A stretch of DNA of 64,000 nt from Hydrurus foetidus (Eukaryota). The DNA lies in assembly GCA_900617105.1 (NCBI GenBank), contig UYFQ01000004.1, forward strand, positions 62,001-126,000, in the 5' to 3' direction. The translations under genes and the position numbers were made by a program. Below, piece after piece: positions 21,294 to 30,589 of this stretch; within the stretch, counting starts at the first letter, position 1; every line of letters starts with the position of its first letter. The notes under the pieces were generated by a model. The model made no database searches. It was not told where the DNA came from and saw only the letters and a program-made list of their open reading frames with translations.

Positions 21294-22850
21294 ATGACCA
21301 CCACGCGGGCCCTGGTTTGGTTCAAACGCGATCTGCGTGTGCACGACCATGCACCACTGGTGGCCGCGTGTTCCCATGCGGACGCACTGGCACTCTTTGT
21401 GTTCGAACCCGAGTGGTTGCAGAGTCCGGAGTGCGATGCCAGCCATGTGGACTTTGCACTGGACTGCCTTGCCGAGCTGCGCCACGCACTGGCGGAGCGG
21501 GGCATGCCACTGCTGGTGCGCCACGGCAGCATGGCGGACGTGTTGGCCCAATTGCACGACGCGCTGCCGTTTACCCATGTGCTGAGCCACGAAGAAACCG
21601 GCCCCGGCTGGTCCTACGCGCGCGACCGTGATGTTGCACGGTGGTGCCAGGGCAAGAACGTGGTCTGGCAGGAGTTCACCCAAACCGGCGTGGTGCGTCG
21701 CCTGAGCAGCCGCAGCGGTTGGGCACAACGCTGGCAGACACGCATGGACGCGCCTTTGCACGTGCTACAGAGCAGTTTTACGCCAGAGATAACCTTGGAC
21801 CAACCCGATCTGCCCACCATCGCAGCGCTGGGACTGGTACCACACCACAAGACCTTGCAAGCTGCGGGCGAAGCAGCAGCGCGGCGCACGCTCCAGAGCT
21901 TTCTGCAAGTGCGCGGCTATGACTACCGCAAGGCACTCTCCAGCCCCTTGAGCGCCGAGGACGGCTGCAGCCGCCTGAGCCCGCACCTGGCCTTCGGCAC
22001 CTTGTCACTGCGCACGGTGCACCAGGCCACGGAGGTAGCCATCGCCAACACGCCGAGCCGGGCACTGGCTTACGCTTTGCGAGGTTTTGCTGGGCGGCTA
22101 CGCTGGCACTGCCATTTCATGCAGAAGCTGGAAGACGAGCCGGACATCGAGTTTCACAACTTCGCGCGGGTGTGCGACGGCCTGCGCGAGGACGAATTCA
22201 ACGACGCGCACTTTGCGGCCTGGTGCGAAGGCCGCACCGGCTACCCCATGGTGGACGCCTGCATGCGCTCGCTCATCGCAAGCGGCTGGCTCAACTTCCG
22301 CATGCGCGCCATGTTGGTCAGCTTTGCCAGCTACCACCTGTGGCTGCACTGGCGGCCCACGGGCCTGTTTCTGGCACGCCAGTTTTTGGACTATGAGTCC
22401 GGCATCCACTGGAGCCAGATGCAAATGCAAAGTGGCACCACGGGCATCAATACACTGCGCATGTATTCGCCCACCAAACAGGCGCTGGACCAGGACCCGC
22501 AGGGGCTGTTCATCCGCCGCTGGGTGCCTGAGCTGGCGCGTGTGCCATTGCCCTATCTGGCCGAGCCCTGGAAGATGGATGTCAGCGTGCAGCGCATGGC
22601 CGGATGCATGATCGGCGTGGACTACCCGGCCCCGATCGTGGAGGAAAAGGCGGCCATGAAAGCCGCGAAAGACCGCATGTACGGCCTGCGCACAACCGCG
22701 CAAGCCCGCGAAGAAGCCAGTGATGTGCAAGAGCGCCACGGTTCCCGCAAAAGCGGTTTGCCCCCGTCTACGCAACGTCGCGCCGCCGCCCAACGGCGCA
22801 AAAGCGTGGCACCAGAAACACCAACACCCCAGGGCGACCTGTTTGCCTGA
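21294..22850 (+). CDS. Cryptochrome/photolyase family protein (canonical domain order)
   Basis: LVWFKRDLRVHDH, SRLSPHLAFG, GRTGYPMVDACMR, WLNFRMRAML, FLDYE. Confidence 0.92.
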   Translation: MTTTRALVWFKRDLRVHDHAPLVAACSHADALALFVFEPEWLQSPECDASHVDFALDCLAELRHALAERGMPLLVRHGSMADVLAQLHDALPFTHVLSHEETGPGWSYARDRDVARWCQGKNVVWQEFTQTGVVRRLSSRSGWAQRWQTRMDAPLHVLQSSFTPEITLDQPDLPTIAALGLVPHHKTLQAAGEAAARRTLQSFLQVRGYDYRKALSSPLSAEDGCSRLSPHLAFGTLSLRTVHQATEVAIANTPSRALAYALRGFAGRLRWHCHFMQKLEDEPDIEFHNFARVCDGLREDEFNDAHFAAWCEGRTGYPMVDACMRSLIASGWLNFRMRAMLVSFASYHLWLHWRPTGLFLARQFLDYESGIHWSQMQMQSGTTGINTLRMYSPTKQALDQDPQGLFIRRWVPELARVPLPYLAEPWKMDVSVQRMAGCMIGVDYPAPIVEEKAAMKAAKDRMYGLRTTAQAREEASDVQERHGSRKSGLPPSTQRRAAAQRRKSVAPETPTPQGDLFA

Positions 22851-22867
22851 ACCCGCAGGCCTTGACC

Positions 22868-23032
22868 ATGAAAAACGACTTCAAAGGCAACAAGCAATCC
22901 CTGCCCAGCAAACCCTGCGCCGTCTGCGGCCGCACCATGTCCTGGCGCAAGGCCTGGGCCAAAAACTGGGACAGCGTGCTGTATTGCTCGGATGCGTGTC
23001 GCGCCAAGAAATCGTTGAAGCCAACGCCATGA
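22868..23032 (+). CDS. DUF2256 zinc-finger-like small protein (54 aa; absent from the ORF track)
   Basis: Manual translation MKNDFKGNKQSLPSKPCAVCGRTMSWRKAWAKNWDSVLYCSDACRAKKSLKPTP; ATGA overlap with the next gene. Confidence 0.88.
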   Translation: MKNDFKGNKQSLPSKPCAVCGRTMSWRKAWAKNWDSVLYCSDACRAKKSLKPTP

Positions 23033-24642
23033 GCGCGCCACCACTACCTGTGGCCTTGCCAAGCCAGGTCCGCCACTTGGTCATTGTGCTGGGTGACCAG
23101 CTGGATGTGCAGTCCACTGCACTGCAGGGTTTCGATGTGTCGCAAGACGTGGTGTGGATGGCGGAGGTGCGCGAGGAGTCCACCCACGTGTGGTCGGCCA
23201 AGCAACGCATTGCCGTGTTCCTGAGTGCGATGCGCCACTTTGCGCAGGCACTGCAAACGCGCGGCGTGCCAGTGGCCTACACCCGGCTCGACGACTCCGA
23301 CAACCAGGGCACGCTGGCCCTGCAACTGGCGCACGCCATTGCCCGGCTCCAGCCTACCGGCCTGGTGCTGACGGCTCCCGGCGATTGGCGCGTACTGCAA
23401 GCCTTGCGCGCCGTGGCGGCACAACACCCGCTGCCACTGGACCTGCGCGATGACGCCCATTTTTTCAGCACTGTGCGTGAATTTTCGGCGCATGCCACAG
23501 GCCGTAAACAGCTGCGACTGGAGTACTGGTACCGCGCGCTGCGGCAGAAGCACGGCATCCTGATGGACGGCGATGCGCCTGCAGGCGGGCAATGGAACTT
23601 TGATGCGGACAACCGCGAGTCCTTCGGCAAACAGGGGCCACAAAACGTTCCGCCACCCACCAGGTTTGCGCCTGACGCCACGACGCAGGAAGTCATCGCG
23701 CTGGTGAACACGCACTTTGCAGACCACCCGGGCACGCTGGACAGTTTTGGCTGGCCGGTGACGCGCGAGCAGGCGCTGGAAGCCCTGCAGGCCTTCATCA
23801 CCGAGCGCTTGCCGCTGTTTGGCAAATATGAAGACGCCATGTGGGCGGGCGAGGCGTGGCTGTACCACTCGCACCTGAGCAGCGCGCTCAATCTCAAGCT
23901 CTTGAACCCGCGCGAAGTCGTGCAGGCCGCTGAAGACGCCTACCGTGGCGGCCACGCGCCGTTGGCTGCGGCAGAGGGATTCATCCGCCAGATCCTGGGA
24001 TGGCGCGAGTATGTGCGTGGTATTTACTGGACGCAGATGCCTGGCTACCTGGAGCGCAATGCGCTGGACGCACAGGCCGATTTACCCGCCTGGTACTGGA
24101 CCGGGGACACCGACATGGCCTGCCTGAAAGACGCCATCACGCAAACGCTGGAGCACGGCTATGCCCACCACATCCAGCGCCTGATGGTGACGGGCTTGTA
24201 TGCCCTGCTGCTGGGGGTGCGGCCCCAGGCGGTGCACGGCTGGTACCTCAGTGTCTACGTGGACGCGGTGGAATGGGTGGAGCTGCCCAACACCCTGGGC
24301 ATGGGCCAGTTCGGCGATGGTGGCTTGATGGCCAGCAAGCCGTATGTGGCCAGCGGCAAGTACATCCAGCGCATGGGCAACCACTGCAAGGGCTGCCGTT
24401 TTGATCCCGCACAGTCCACTGGCCCCCGGGCCTGCCCTTTCACCACCCTGTACTGGGATTTCCTGATGCGCCACGAGGTCCTGCTGAAAAAGAACCCGCG
24501 CATGGCCATGCAGCTCAAGAACCTGGCCCGGCTGGACGAACACGCCAAAGCCGCGATCGCGGTGCAAGCAGCCGCCCACCGGGCGCTGCAAACCACTGCA
24601 GGTACATCCATAGGCACGGTGCCAAAGCATGACGCCGTTTGA
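23029..24642 (+). CDS. Fe-S bacterial cryptochrome/(6-4) photolyase (FeS-BCP, PhrB/CryB-like)
   Basis: LVIVLGDQL, GGQWNFDADNR, GYAHHIQRLMV, four Cys (MAC, HCKGC, ACPF); start re-assigned to 23029. Confidence 0.92.
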   Translation: MSAPPLPVALPSQVRHLVIVLGDQLDVQSTALQGFDVSQDVVWMAEVREESTHVWSAKQRIAVFLSAMRHFAQALQTRGVPVAYTRLDDSDNQGTLALQLAHAIARLQPTGLVLTAPGDWRVLQALRAVAAQHPLPLDLRDDAHFFSTVREFSAHATGRKQLRLEYWYRALRQKHGILMDGDAPAGGQWNFDADNRESFGKQGPQNVPPPTRFAPDATTQEVIALVNTHFADHPGTLDSFGWPVTREQALEALQAFITERLPLFGKYEDAMWAGEAWLYHSHLSSALNLKLLNPREVVQAAEDAYRGGHAPLAAAEGFIRQILGWREYVRGIYWTQMPGYLERNALDAQADLPAWYWTGDTDMACLKDAITQTLEHGYAHHIQRLMVTGLYALLLGVRPQAVHGWYLSVYVDAVEWVELPNTLGMGQFGDGGLMASKPYVASGKYIQRMGNHCKGCRFDPAQSTGPRACPFTTLYWDFLMRHEVLLKKNPRMAMQLKNLARLDEHAKAAIAVQAAAHRALQTTAGTSIGTVPKHDAV

Positions 24643-25819
24643 ACCAACACGCGACGCAGCACTGGCCCGGCTTGCCGCCGTAGACCCCAAGGCCTATGCC
24701 CGCACCCGCAACGCCCTGGAGGGCGCTGTCACGCGGCTATCGCCCTACCTGACCCACGGGCTGCTCAGCTTGCGAGAGGCATACAGCGCCGTCCACGCCC
24801 GCCACCCGCTGGATGCACAGCACAAGCTGGTGTTTGAACTGGGCTGGCGGGCCTACTACCGGCATGTATGGGCCCACCGCGGCGATGGCATACGCCAGTC
24901 CCTACACGCCGGGCCATTGCCCGACCCGGTATACCGGACTGCGCTGCCGGCCGATGTGCAGGAGGCGCGCACCGGGGTACCGGCCATCGACCTCGCGGTG
25001 CGCGCCTTGTACGCCACCGGATACGTACACAACCATGCGCGCATGTGGCTGGCAAGCTACCTGGTGCATGTGCGCAAGGTGCACTGGCACACGGGCGCGC
25101 AGTGGATGCTTGCGCACTTGCTCGATGGCGATGTCGCCAGCAACCACTTGAGCTGGCAATGGGTCGCCGGCACTGGCAGCGTGAAGCCCTATGTGTTTAA
25201 CGCCGAGAACGTGGCCAAGTACGCACCGCCGCCCTGGCACAGCTTCGGCACGGCCATCGACACCAGCTACGAAGCCATGGACGCCCTAGCCCGAAGCCCC
25301 GAGGCCGTGGATGGCGAGGCACCGACCAGCCAGGATGCGGGCACAACGCCTCCGGTGTGCTTCATCGCCCCGACCGACACGCGCTGGAGAAGCCCCGACA
25401 GTAGCCTGACCCGCGATCAGGAGGTGTGGCTGGTCCACCCTTGGTCTTTGGGGGCACTGCCCGCGACTCCCCAGGCAAACACAGTCACCTTCGCCATCGG
25501 TCTGGAAGAAAGCCACGCTGGCATGCCCTGGAGCGGTCTGCGCTGGCGTTTCGCCACCGAAGGGCTTGTCGCTCGCACGCCACACCTGTGGTGGAGCAAC
25601 GCGCAGCAACTGGCCCATGCGCTCAGCACCGCGCGCTCGGTCCGCTGGCAGTCTGACCCGCATATCGACGCCGCGCTGCGCGAGGTTCAACACCTGCTGC
25701 AGAGTGGAACGGCTCGACCGCACGTCGAAGCGCTGGCTGCCGCACCGCTGTTTGAATCCGTCAGTCCGCTGTGCGCCAGCTTTGCACAATGGTGGCGACA
25801 GACACGCATTGCGCGTTGA
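24629..25819 (+). CDS. Short photolyase-family protein with an N-terminal FAD domain (inverted-order, NewPHL-like)
   Basis: Starts directly with YARTRN...VTRLSPYLTHG, GYVHNHARMWLAS, LLDGDVASNHLSWQW; no N-terminal antenna domain. Confidence 0.8.
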   Translation: MTPFEPTRDAALARLAAVDPKAYARTRNALEGAVTRLSPYLTHGLLSLREAYSAVHARHPLDAQHKLVFELGWRAYYRHVWAHRGDGIRQSLHAGPLPDPVYRTALPADVQEARTGVPAIDLAVRALYATGYVHNHARMWLASYLVHVRKVHWHTGAQWMLAHLLDGDVASNHLSWQWVAGTGSVKPYVFNAENVAKYAPPPWHSFGTAIDTSYEAMDALARSPEAVDGEAPTSQDAGTTPPVCFIAPTDTRWRSPDSSLTRDQEVWLVHPWSLGALPATPQANTVTFAIGLEESHAGMPWSGLRWRFATEGLVARTPHLWWSNAQQLAHALSTARSVRWQSDPHIDAALREVQHLLQSGTARPHVEALAAAPLFESVSPLCASFAQWWRQTRIAR

Positions 25820-25822
25820 GCC

Positions 25823-26524
25823 CTACCAAGGGATCTCTTGCCCTTGGTAGTCCACAAAATGGGCACCTTGCCGGATCTGCAAACCGCACAACGCCGCCAG
25901 CATGCCGGCCACAGAGTCTTGCGGCTCCAAGAGGTGTGCCACGCTGGCTGAAAAAGGTTTGGACAGTTCGGAACGAACCGTGCCTGGCTGCAACGCCACC
26001 ACGCGCAGCTCTGGTCGCTTGCGCTGCAGTTCGATGGCAGCGGTTTGCAAATACATGTTGAGGGCCGCCTTGGCAGCGCGGTAGCCATACCAACCGCCTT
26101 TGTGGTTGTCGCTGATGCTGCCCACCCGTGCGGAGAGCTTGGCGTAGATGCTGGGGCCCGGCGCCAGCAGCGGCGCAAAGTGCCGCAACACCATGAGCGG
26201 GCCGATGGCGTTCAACGCAAACGACTGCGCCAGCACCTCCGGCCGCACAGCGGCCAGCGACTTCTCTGGCCCTACGCCGTCAATGGTGAGCGCCCCCGTG
26301 GCGTCCACGATCACATGGTAAGGGCCGGCAGCGGCGCTGGTCGCAGCCAATGCTGGCAGCCCGGCCGTGTCCAACAAATCAAAGCCGTTGCCGTGCGAGC
26401 GGGACACCACTTCGACGTGGGCGCAGCGGGCATCTTGCTGCAGTGCGTTAACAAACGCCTGCCCAAGCGCCCCACCGGCACCGATCACCAGTGCCCGGTA
26501 GTCGTGGTCAAACAGCATCGTCAT
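25823..26524 (-). CDS. Short-chain dehydrogenase/reductase (CsgA/C-factor-like)
   Basis: GAGGALG Rossmann motif, SARVGSISDN..GGWYGYRAAKAALN (YxxxK), QPGTV. Confidence 0.88.
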   Translation of the reverse strand: MTMLFDHDYRALVIGAGGALGQAFVNALQQDARCAHVEVVSRSHGNGFDLLDTAGLPALAATSAAAGPYHVIVDATGALTIDGVGPEKSLAAVRPEVLAQSFALNAIGPLMVLRHFAPLLAPGPSIYAKLSARVGSISDNHKGGWYGYRAAKAALNMYLQTAAIELQRKRPELRVVALQPGTVRSELSKPFSASVAHLLEPQDSVAGMLAALCGLQIRQGAHFVDYQGQEIPW

Positions 26525-26550
26525 GGGAATACCTTGCAGCGTCTATCGGT

Positions 26551-26892
26551 TTAGCCCTTCTTCGCCCAGGCACTGCACCAGCCTTTGGCAGCCACCTGTT
26601 TGCCGGCAAACAAGGGGCAGCCGCCAGCTTGTGCATTGGCCGCTCCCTGGAACAGCGCACACGACGCGCAGGCTTGCCCAGCGGCGTATTTGGGCTGCTT
26701 GGTCTTGTCCACCTTGGTGGCGTCAGCTTTGTAGCCCAGGGCACTGGCTTGTGGGTCCGTCTCAGCCACCAGCGCCTGCGCCTTGGCTTGCAAAGCAGCG
26801 CCAGCGGCGGCTGCGCCTACCAGGGCGTGCATCATGAAAATGCGGCGGTTGCGGGGGGCGATGCGTTGAATGGATTGAAGGGCGGTTGTCAT
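26551..26892 (-). CDS. High-potential iron-sulfur protein (HiPIP), Tat-exported
   Basis: NRRIFM twin-arginine signal; A.ALGY..DA, CxxC..F, CPLF.GK.V...GWCSAW. Confidence 0.92.
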   Translation of the reverse strand: MTTALQSIQRIAPRNRRIFMMHALVGAAAAGAALQAKAQALVAETDPQASALGYKADATKVDKTKQPKYAAGQACASCALFQGAANAQAGGCPLFAGKQVAAKGWCSAWAKKG

Positions 26893-26895
26893 GGT

Positions 26896-27198
26896 TCACT
26901 CCTGGGTGGTTGTGGCGTGGCGGTTGATGATGCGTTGGGGCTGAATGCCGTCGTCGTAAATGATGAGCCCCTTGTAGGCAAACCGAACTTCGTGCGGTGT
27001 TTCCGCCTCCAGCGTGTGCCGCTCTATGACCAAGTTGGCCAGGGCCAGGCGGTTTTCGCGAATCTCACGTTTCAAATGGCCCAGCACATGGGTGAGCTGC
27101 AAAGCGTCTTCCACATGCACATTCCATTTCCACGCCTGGCCGGGCGGGATCTTGCGGGCCTTGCCGGTTTTATTCAGCAGCATGTAACTGACTTTCAT
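26896..27198 (-). CDS. Hypothetical protein (100 aa)
   Basis: ORF ends 3 nt before the HiPIP start and is divergent from the MerR gene. No family recognised. Confidence 0.55.
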   Translation of the reverse strand: MKVSYMLLNKTGKARKIPPGQAWKWNVHVEDALQLTHVLGHLKREIRENRLALANLVIERHTLEAETPHEVRFAYKGLIIYDDGIQPQRIINRHATTTQE

Positions 27199-27229
27199 GG
27201 ATGCAATTTAGCACTTCGCAGCAAAATAG

Positions 27230-27281
27230 CTACTCAATATTTAAAATAGTCTTGGTAAACTATTCAATACCTATTCAAACG
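27230..27281. promoter_or_regulatory. Candidate operator: CTA(T/C)TCAA direct repeats in the divergent promoter
   Basis: CTACTCAATAT (27230), CTATTCAATAC (27260) and CTATTCAAACG (27271). The last two are an 11-bp tandem pair in an AT-rich 90-bp spacer. Confidence 0.45.
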
Positions 27282-27288
27282 AGCTGCC

Positions 27289-28290
27289 ATGCCCAACTCC
27301 AAGCCCATTCCACCAGATTCCCATGCCAGCCACCGCATCGGCGCGGTGTCCGCCTTGAGTGGCGTGCCAGTCCCAACCCTGCGTGTCTGGGAGACGCGCT
27401 ATGCAGCCTTCAGCCCGGGGTTGACCAGTGGCCACCAACGCATCTACACCGACGACGATGTGCTGCGCGCCACGCTGCTCAAACGCCTGACCGAGCAAGG
27501 CCACGCCATCAGCAGCATCGCCAACCACACAGCTGCGCGCCTCAATGACCTGCTGCAGCACCAGTCCGCCACCCAGCGCCGGACAGTGGCCAAACAAACG
27601 GAGCGGCAAGCGGTCAGCGTTGCCGTCGTCGGACTGCCATTGGCGGCCCGTCTGGCATCTAGGAAGTTCAAGCAGATTGCCGCGACCCATGCCATTGAAA
27701 CGACGGACATCTACCCCGACCTGACCGCCGCGCTGGCTTCGGCATTCACAGTGCCGCCGCAGTTCCTGGTCGTGCGGGTGAATTCCCTGCACGCCCTGGT
27801 GCAGGTGGATCTGCACCGCCTGATTGAGCGCAGCATTATCCCCCAGGTCATCGTGCTGTACCACTTCGGGCAGGAGCGGGTTGTCGAATCGATGAAGCGC
27901 GCCGGTATGCTGGTGCGCCGGGAGCCGGTATCCGACTACGAGCTGGCAGACCTGATCAGCGCCGCCATGCTGATGGACGCGCCCCAGGTGATGGGGCAGG
28001 CTGGCTTGGGCGCCACCATTCCGCCGCGCAAGTACGACGATGCCACCCTGGCGCGCATGGCCAATATCTCCACCAATGTGCTGTGCGAGTGCCCCCGCCA
28101 TGTGGCGGAAATCATTGCGCTACTGGTGAGCTTTGAGCAATACAGCCAGGAGTGCCTGAACAAGAGCGCCGAAGATGCAGGGCTGCATGCCTACCTGCAT
28201 TCCGTGTCTGGCTCGGCCCGGGCGCTTTTTGAGCACGCCTTGCAGCGCGTCGCAGAGCACGAGGGATTGGTGCTGGGCACTGCGGACTAA
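27289..28290 (+). CDS. MerR-family regulator, LitR/CarH-like, without a B12-binding motif (class III LitR-like)
   Basis: N-terminal HTH IGAVSALSGV...TLRVWETRY; C-terminal CECPRH-x17-C; adjacent to photolyase genes. Confidence 0.8.
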   Translation: MPNSKPIPPDSHASHRIGAVSALSGVPVPTLRVWETRYAAFSPGLTSGHQRIYTDDDVLRATLLKRLTEQGHAISSIANHTAARLNDLLQHQSATQRRTVAKQTERQAVSVAVVGLPLAARLASRKFKQIAATHAIETTDIYPDLTAALASAFTVPPQFLVVRVNSLHALVQVDLHRLIERSIIPQVIVLYHFGQERVVESMKRAGMLVRREPVSDYELADLISAAMLMDAPQVMGQAGLGATIPPRKYDDATLARMANISTNVLCECPRHVAEIIALLVSFEQYSQECLNKSAEDAGLHAYLHSVSGSARALFEHALQRVAEHEGLVLGTAD

Positions 28291-28295
28291 GACTC

Positions 28296-28349
28296 AAATC
28301 AACGCTTAGCCCTCGTATTCATTGCGCGAGCAGCTATCAAAATAATAGC
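28296..28349 (+). repeat. REP-like intergenic repeat, copy 2
   Basis: TAGCCCTCGT...TTGCGCGAGCAGCTATCAAAATAATAGC between convergent genes. Confidence 0.8.
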
Positions 28350-28352
28350 GAT

Positions 28353-30284
28353 TTATGTGCGTAGCTTGCGGTACAGCGTCTGCCGGCTGATGCCCAGCTG
28401 GCGGGCGGCCAGGGACACATTGCCATGCGCGGCCTCCAGCGCCTGCTGGATGGCGGCGTGGCCCATGGCCTGCAGGCTTTGCGGGGCCTGGGCGGCGGCG
28501 GGCTCCACGGGCGCCGTCTTCACTAGGCTGCCCACCTTCAACGTGTCCACCAAGTCGTCGGGCATGTGCGCCCAGTCCAGCGTGTCTTCCGCGTCCAGCA
28601 GCATGGCGCAGGCGGTGCGCAGCACGCTGGCGTACTGGCGCAGGTTGCCGGGCCAGGCGTAGGCGCTGAGGCGGGCCAGCAGTTCGGGCGCCAGCTGCAC
28701 CTCGCGCTCCGGGCTCAGCTCGGCCAGCAGACGCTCGGTCAGCGCCGCAAAGTCCGTGCGCTCGCGCAGCGCCGGCAGCTGAACCGTGAGGCCGTTGATG
28801 CGGTAGTACAGGTCTTGGCGAAAGCTGCCCTGCTCTGCCGCATCGGCCAGCTTGCTGTGGGTGGCGCAGACCAGGGCAAAGTCCACCGGCACGGCCTTGC
28901 CCGCGCCCACGGGCGTGACTGTGCGCTCCTGCAGCACGCGCAGCAACCGAGTCTGCAGGGCCAAGGGCATGTCGCCAATTTCGTCCAAAAACAGGGTGCC
29001 GCCTTCGGCTTCGCGCAGGCGGCCCAGGCTGCCTTCTTTGCGCGCGCCGGTAAAGGCGCCGGCCACATAGCCAAACAGCTCGGACTCGATCAGGCTCTCG
29101 GGAATGGCACCACAGTTGATGGCCACAAAGGGTGCACCACGGCGCGGACCGCTGGCATGCAGCGCCCGGGCGAACAGCTCTTTGCCCACCCCCGACTCGC
29201 CCTGGATGAGAATGGGAATGGGCTTGGCCACCACGCGACGGGCTTTGTCGGCAGCGCTGCGCCAGCGGGCGTCGCCCGTGTCTAGCGCGGTGAGCGCGTC
29301 GTGGGCGCTAGTGGTGGTGGCACTGCCCAGCGCAGGCTGTGACTGGCTGGTGACGGGCAACGCAGACGCGTCCACCTGCATTTGTGCAAACAGCACTGCA
29401 CCGTTGTGCAATCGCAGCTGCTGGGCTTGCAGGGGGCGGCGTTTGTGGCGCGACAGCAAGTCGTCCAGCCGCACATCGAGCACGCGCTCCAGCAGGGTGG
29501 CGCCAATGTCACCGGCATTCAGGCGCAGCAGCGCCAGGCCCACGCGGTTGGCGCCTACGATCCATCCGTCGTCCGATAGGGCAACGATGCCTTCGGCCAC
29601 GCTGCCAATGCCCTCGGGCTGGGTGTGCAGGTGCAGGCGGATATTGCGCTTGCAGGTGGCCAGCATGAGCCGGTTTTCGATCATGCGGGCGGCGGTGCTG
29701 GCCAGGCCCAGCGTGTGGCCATGGCCGTGGCGGTGGTCGCCCGAGATGTCGAGCACACCCATGAGCTCGCCGGTGGCCGAGAGGATAGGCGAGGCTGCGC
29801 AGGTGAGGAAACCGTTGCGCTCCAGAAAGTGCTCAGAGCCATGGATCTCGATCGGGCTGCATTCGGCCAGCGCGGTGCCAATGGCGTTGGTGCCGCGGTG
29901 CGCTTCGTGCCAGGAGGCGCCCGAGGCAAGCGCCACGCGCTCGGCCTTGCCGACAAAGCTGGCATCGCCCAGCGTGTGCATGAGCATGCCGTGTGGGTCG
30001 GCCAGCACCACCACGCTTTGGCTGTGGCGCACCTGTTCAAACACGTATTCCATGACCGGGCGCGAGTGGGCCAGCAGCACATGGTTGCTGGCCAGCGCCT
30101 GGCGCAGGCTGCCACTGCCCGCAGGCTCCGTGGCCGCGCGGCCAGTAGGCGCCAGGCCCGCGGCCATGCTGCGGTGCCAGGAGCGCACGAGGCGTTCATC
30201 CAGCACGCCTACGGGGCATTGGCCGGTTTCCAGCAACTGCTGGCGGGCCTGTCGCAAGGCCAGCATGGGGGATGTTTGTCGCAC
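28353..30284 (-). CDS. Sigma54-dependent activator, GAF-AAA+-Fis HTH (AcoR-like)
   Basis: W.E...GTNAIGTAL GAF motif, GESGVGKE, GAFTGA, WPGNLR, LGISRQTLYRK. Start re-assigned to GTG 30284 behind AGGAGA. Confidence 0.92.
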   Translation of the reverse strand: MRQTSPMLALRQARQQLLETGQCPVGVLDERLVRSWHRSMAAGLAPTGRAATEPAGSGSLRQALASNHVLLAHSRPVMEYVFEQVRHSQSVVVLADPHGMLMHTLGDASFVGKAERVALASGASWHEAHRGTNAIGTALAECSPIEIHGSEHFLERNGFLTCAASPILSATGELMGVLDISGDHRHGHGHTLGLASTAARMIENRLMLATCKRNIRLHLHTQPEGIGSVAEGIVALSDDGWIVGANRVGLALLRLNAGDIGATLLERVLDVRLDDLLSRHKRRPLQAQQLRLHNGAVLFAQMQVDASALPVTSQSQPALGSATTTSAHDALTALDTGDARWRSAADKARRVVAKPIPILIQGESGVGKELFARALHASGPRRGAPFVAINCGAIPESLIESELFGYVAGAFTGARKEGSLGRLREAEGGTLFLDEIGDMPLALQTRLLRVLQERTVTPVGAGKAVPVDFALVCATHSKLADAAEQGSFRQDLYYRINGLTVQLPALRERTDFAALTERLLAELSPEREVQLAPELLARLSAYAWPGNLRQYASVLRTACAMLLDAEDTLDWAHMPDDLVDTLKVGSLVKTAPVEPAAAQAPQSLQAMGHAAIQQALEAAHGNVSLAARQLGISRQTLYRKLRT

Positions 30285-30382
30285 GTTGTCTCCTGCGCGG
30301 GGTCGTGTGGCGCCCCGCTTTGGGAAAGTATGGGGGCAGGCCGTGTGCGAGGCAATGGCGCCCATCCGCCCGCGCACCCAAC

Positions 30383-30521
30383 TGTTCCATTTTGTGACAC
30401 CTGTCACTGTGGCGAATCGTGACAGCCCTGGCTTGCGGACAGCTTGCACGGGGTGCTGCAGCGCAACAAGTCCAATGGAATCAAGGGCCCACGATGGCCG
30501 CCCGCATGGCACGCGTCTTGA
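30383..30521 (+). promoter_or_regulatory. Sigma54 promoter and upstream activator sites for the aldehyde dehydrogenase
   Basis: TGGCACGCGTCTTGA at 30507-30521 (-24/-12 consensus, with GA instead of GC at -12). Two TGT-N11-ACA boxes at 30383-30399 and 30408-30424, both ending GTGACA. Confidence 0.65.
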
Positions 30522-30589
30522 GGTACCTCTGGGCCTGCCGGACAGCCCGATGCAGGCGCATTCAAACCAAGCACAAGAGGACGACAACC

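Noticed and set aside
30285..30589. Overlapping N-terminal extensions of the activator and dehydrogenase ORFs
   Set aside because: This is the divergent promoter region with sigma54 and UAS motifs. RBS-supported starts are 30284 and 30590.
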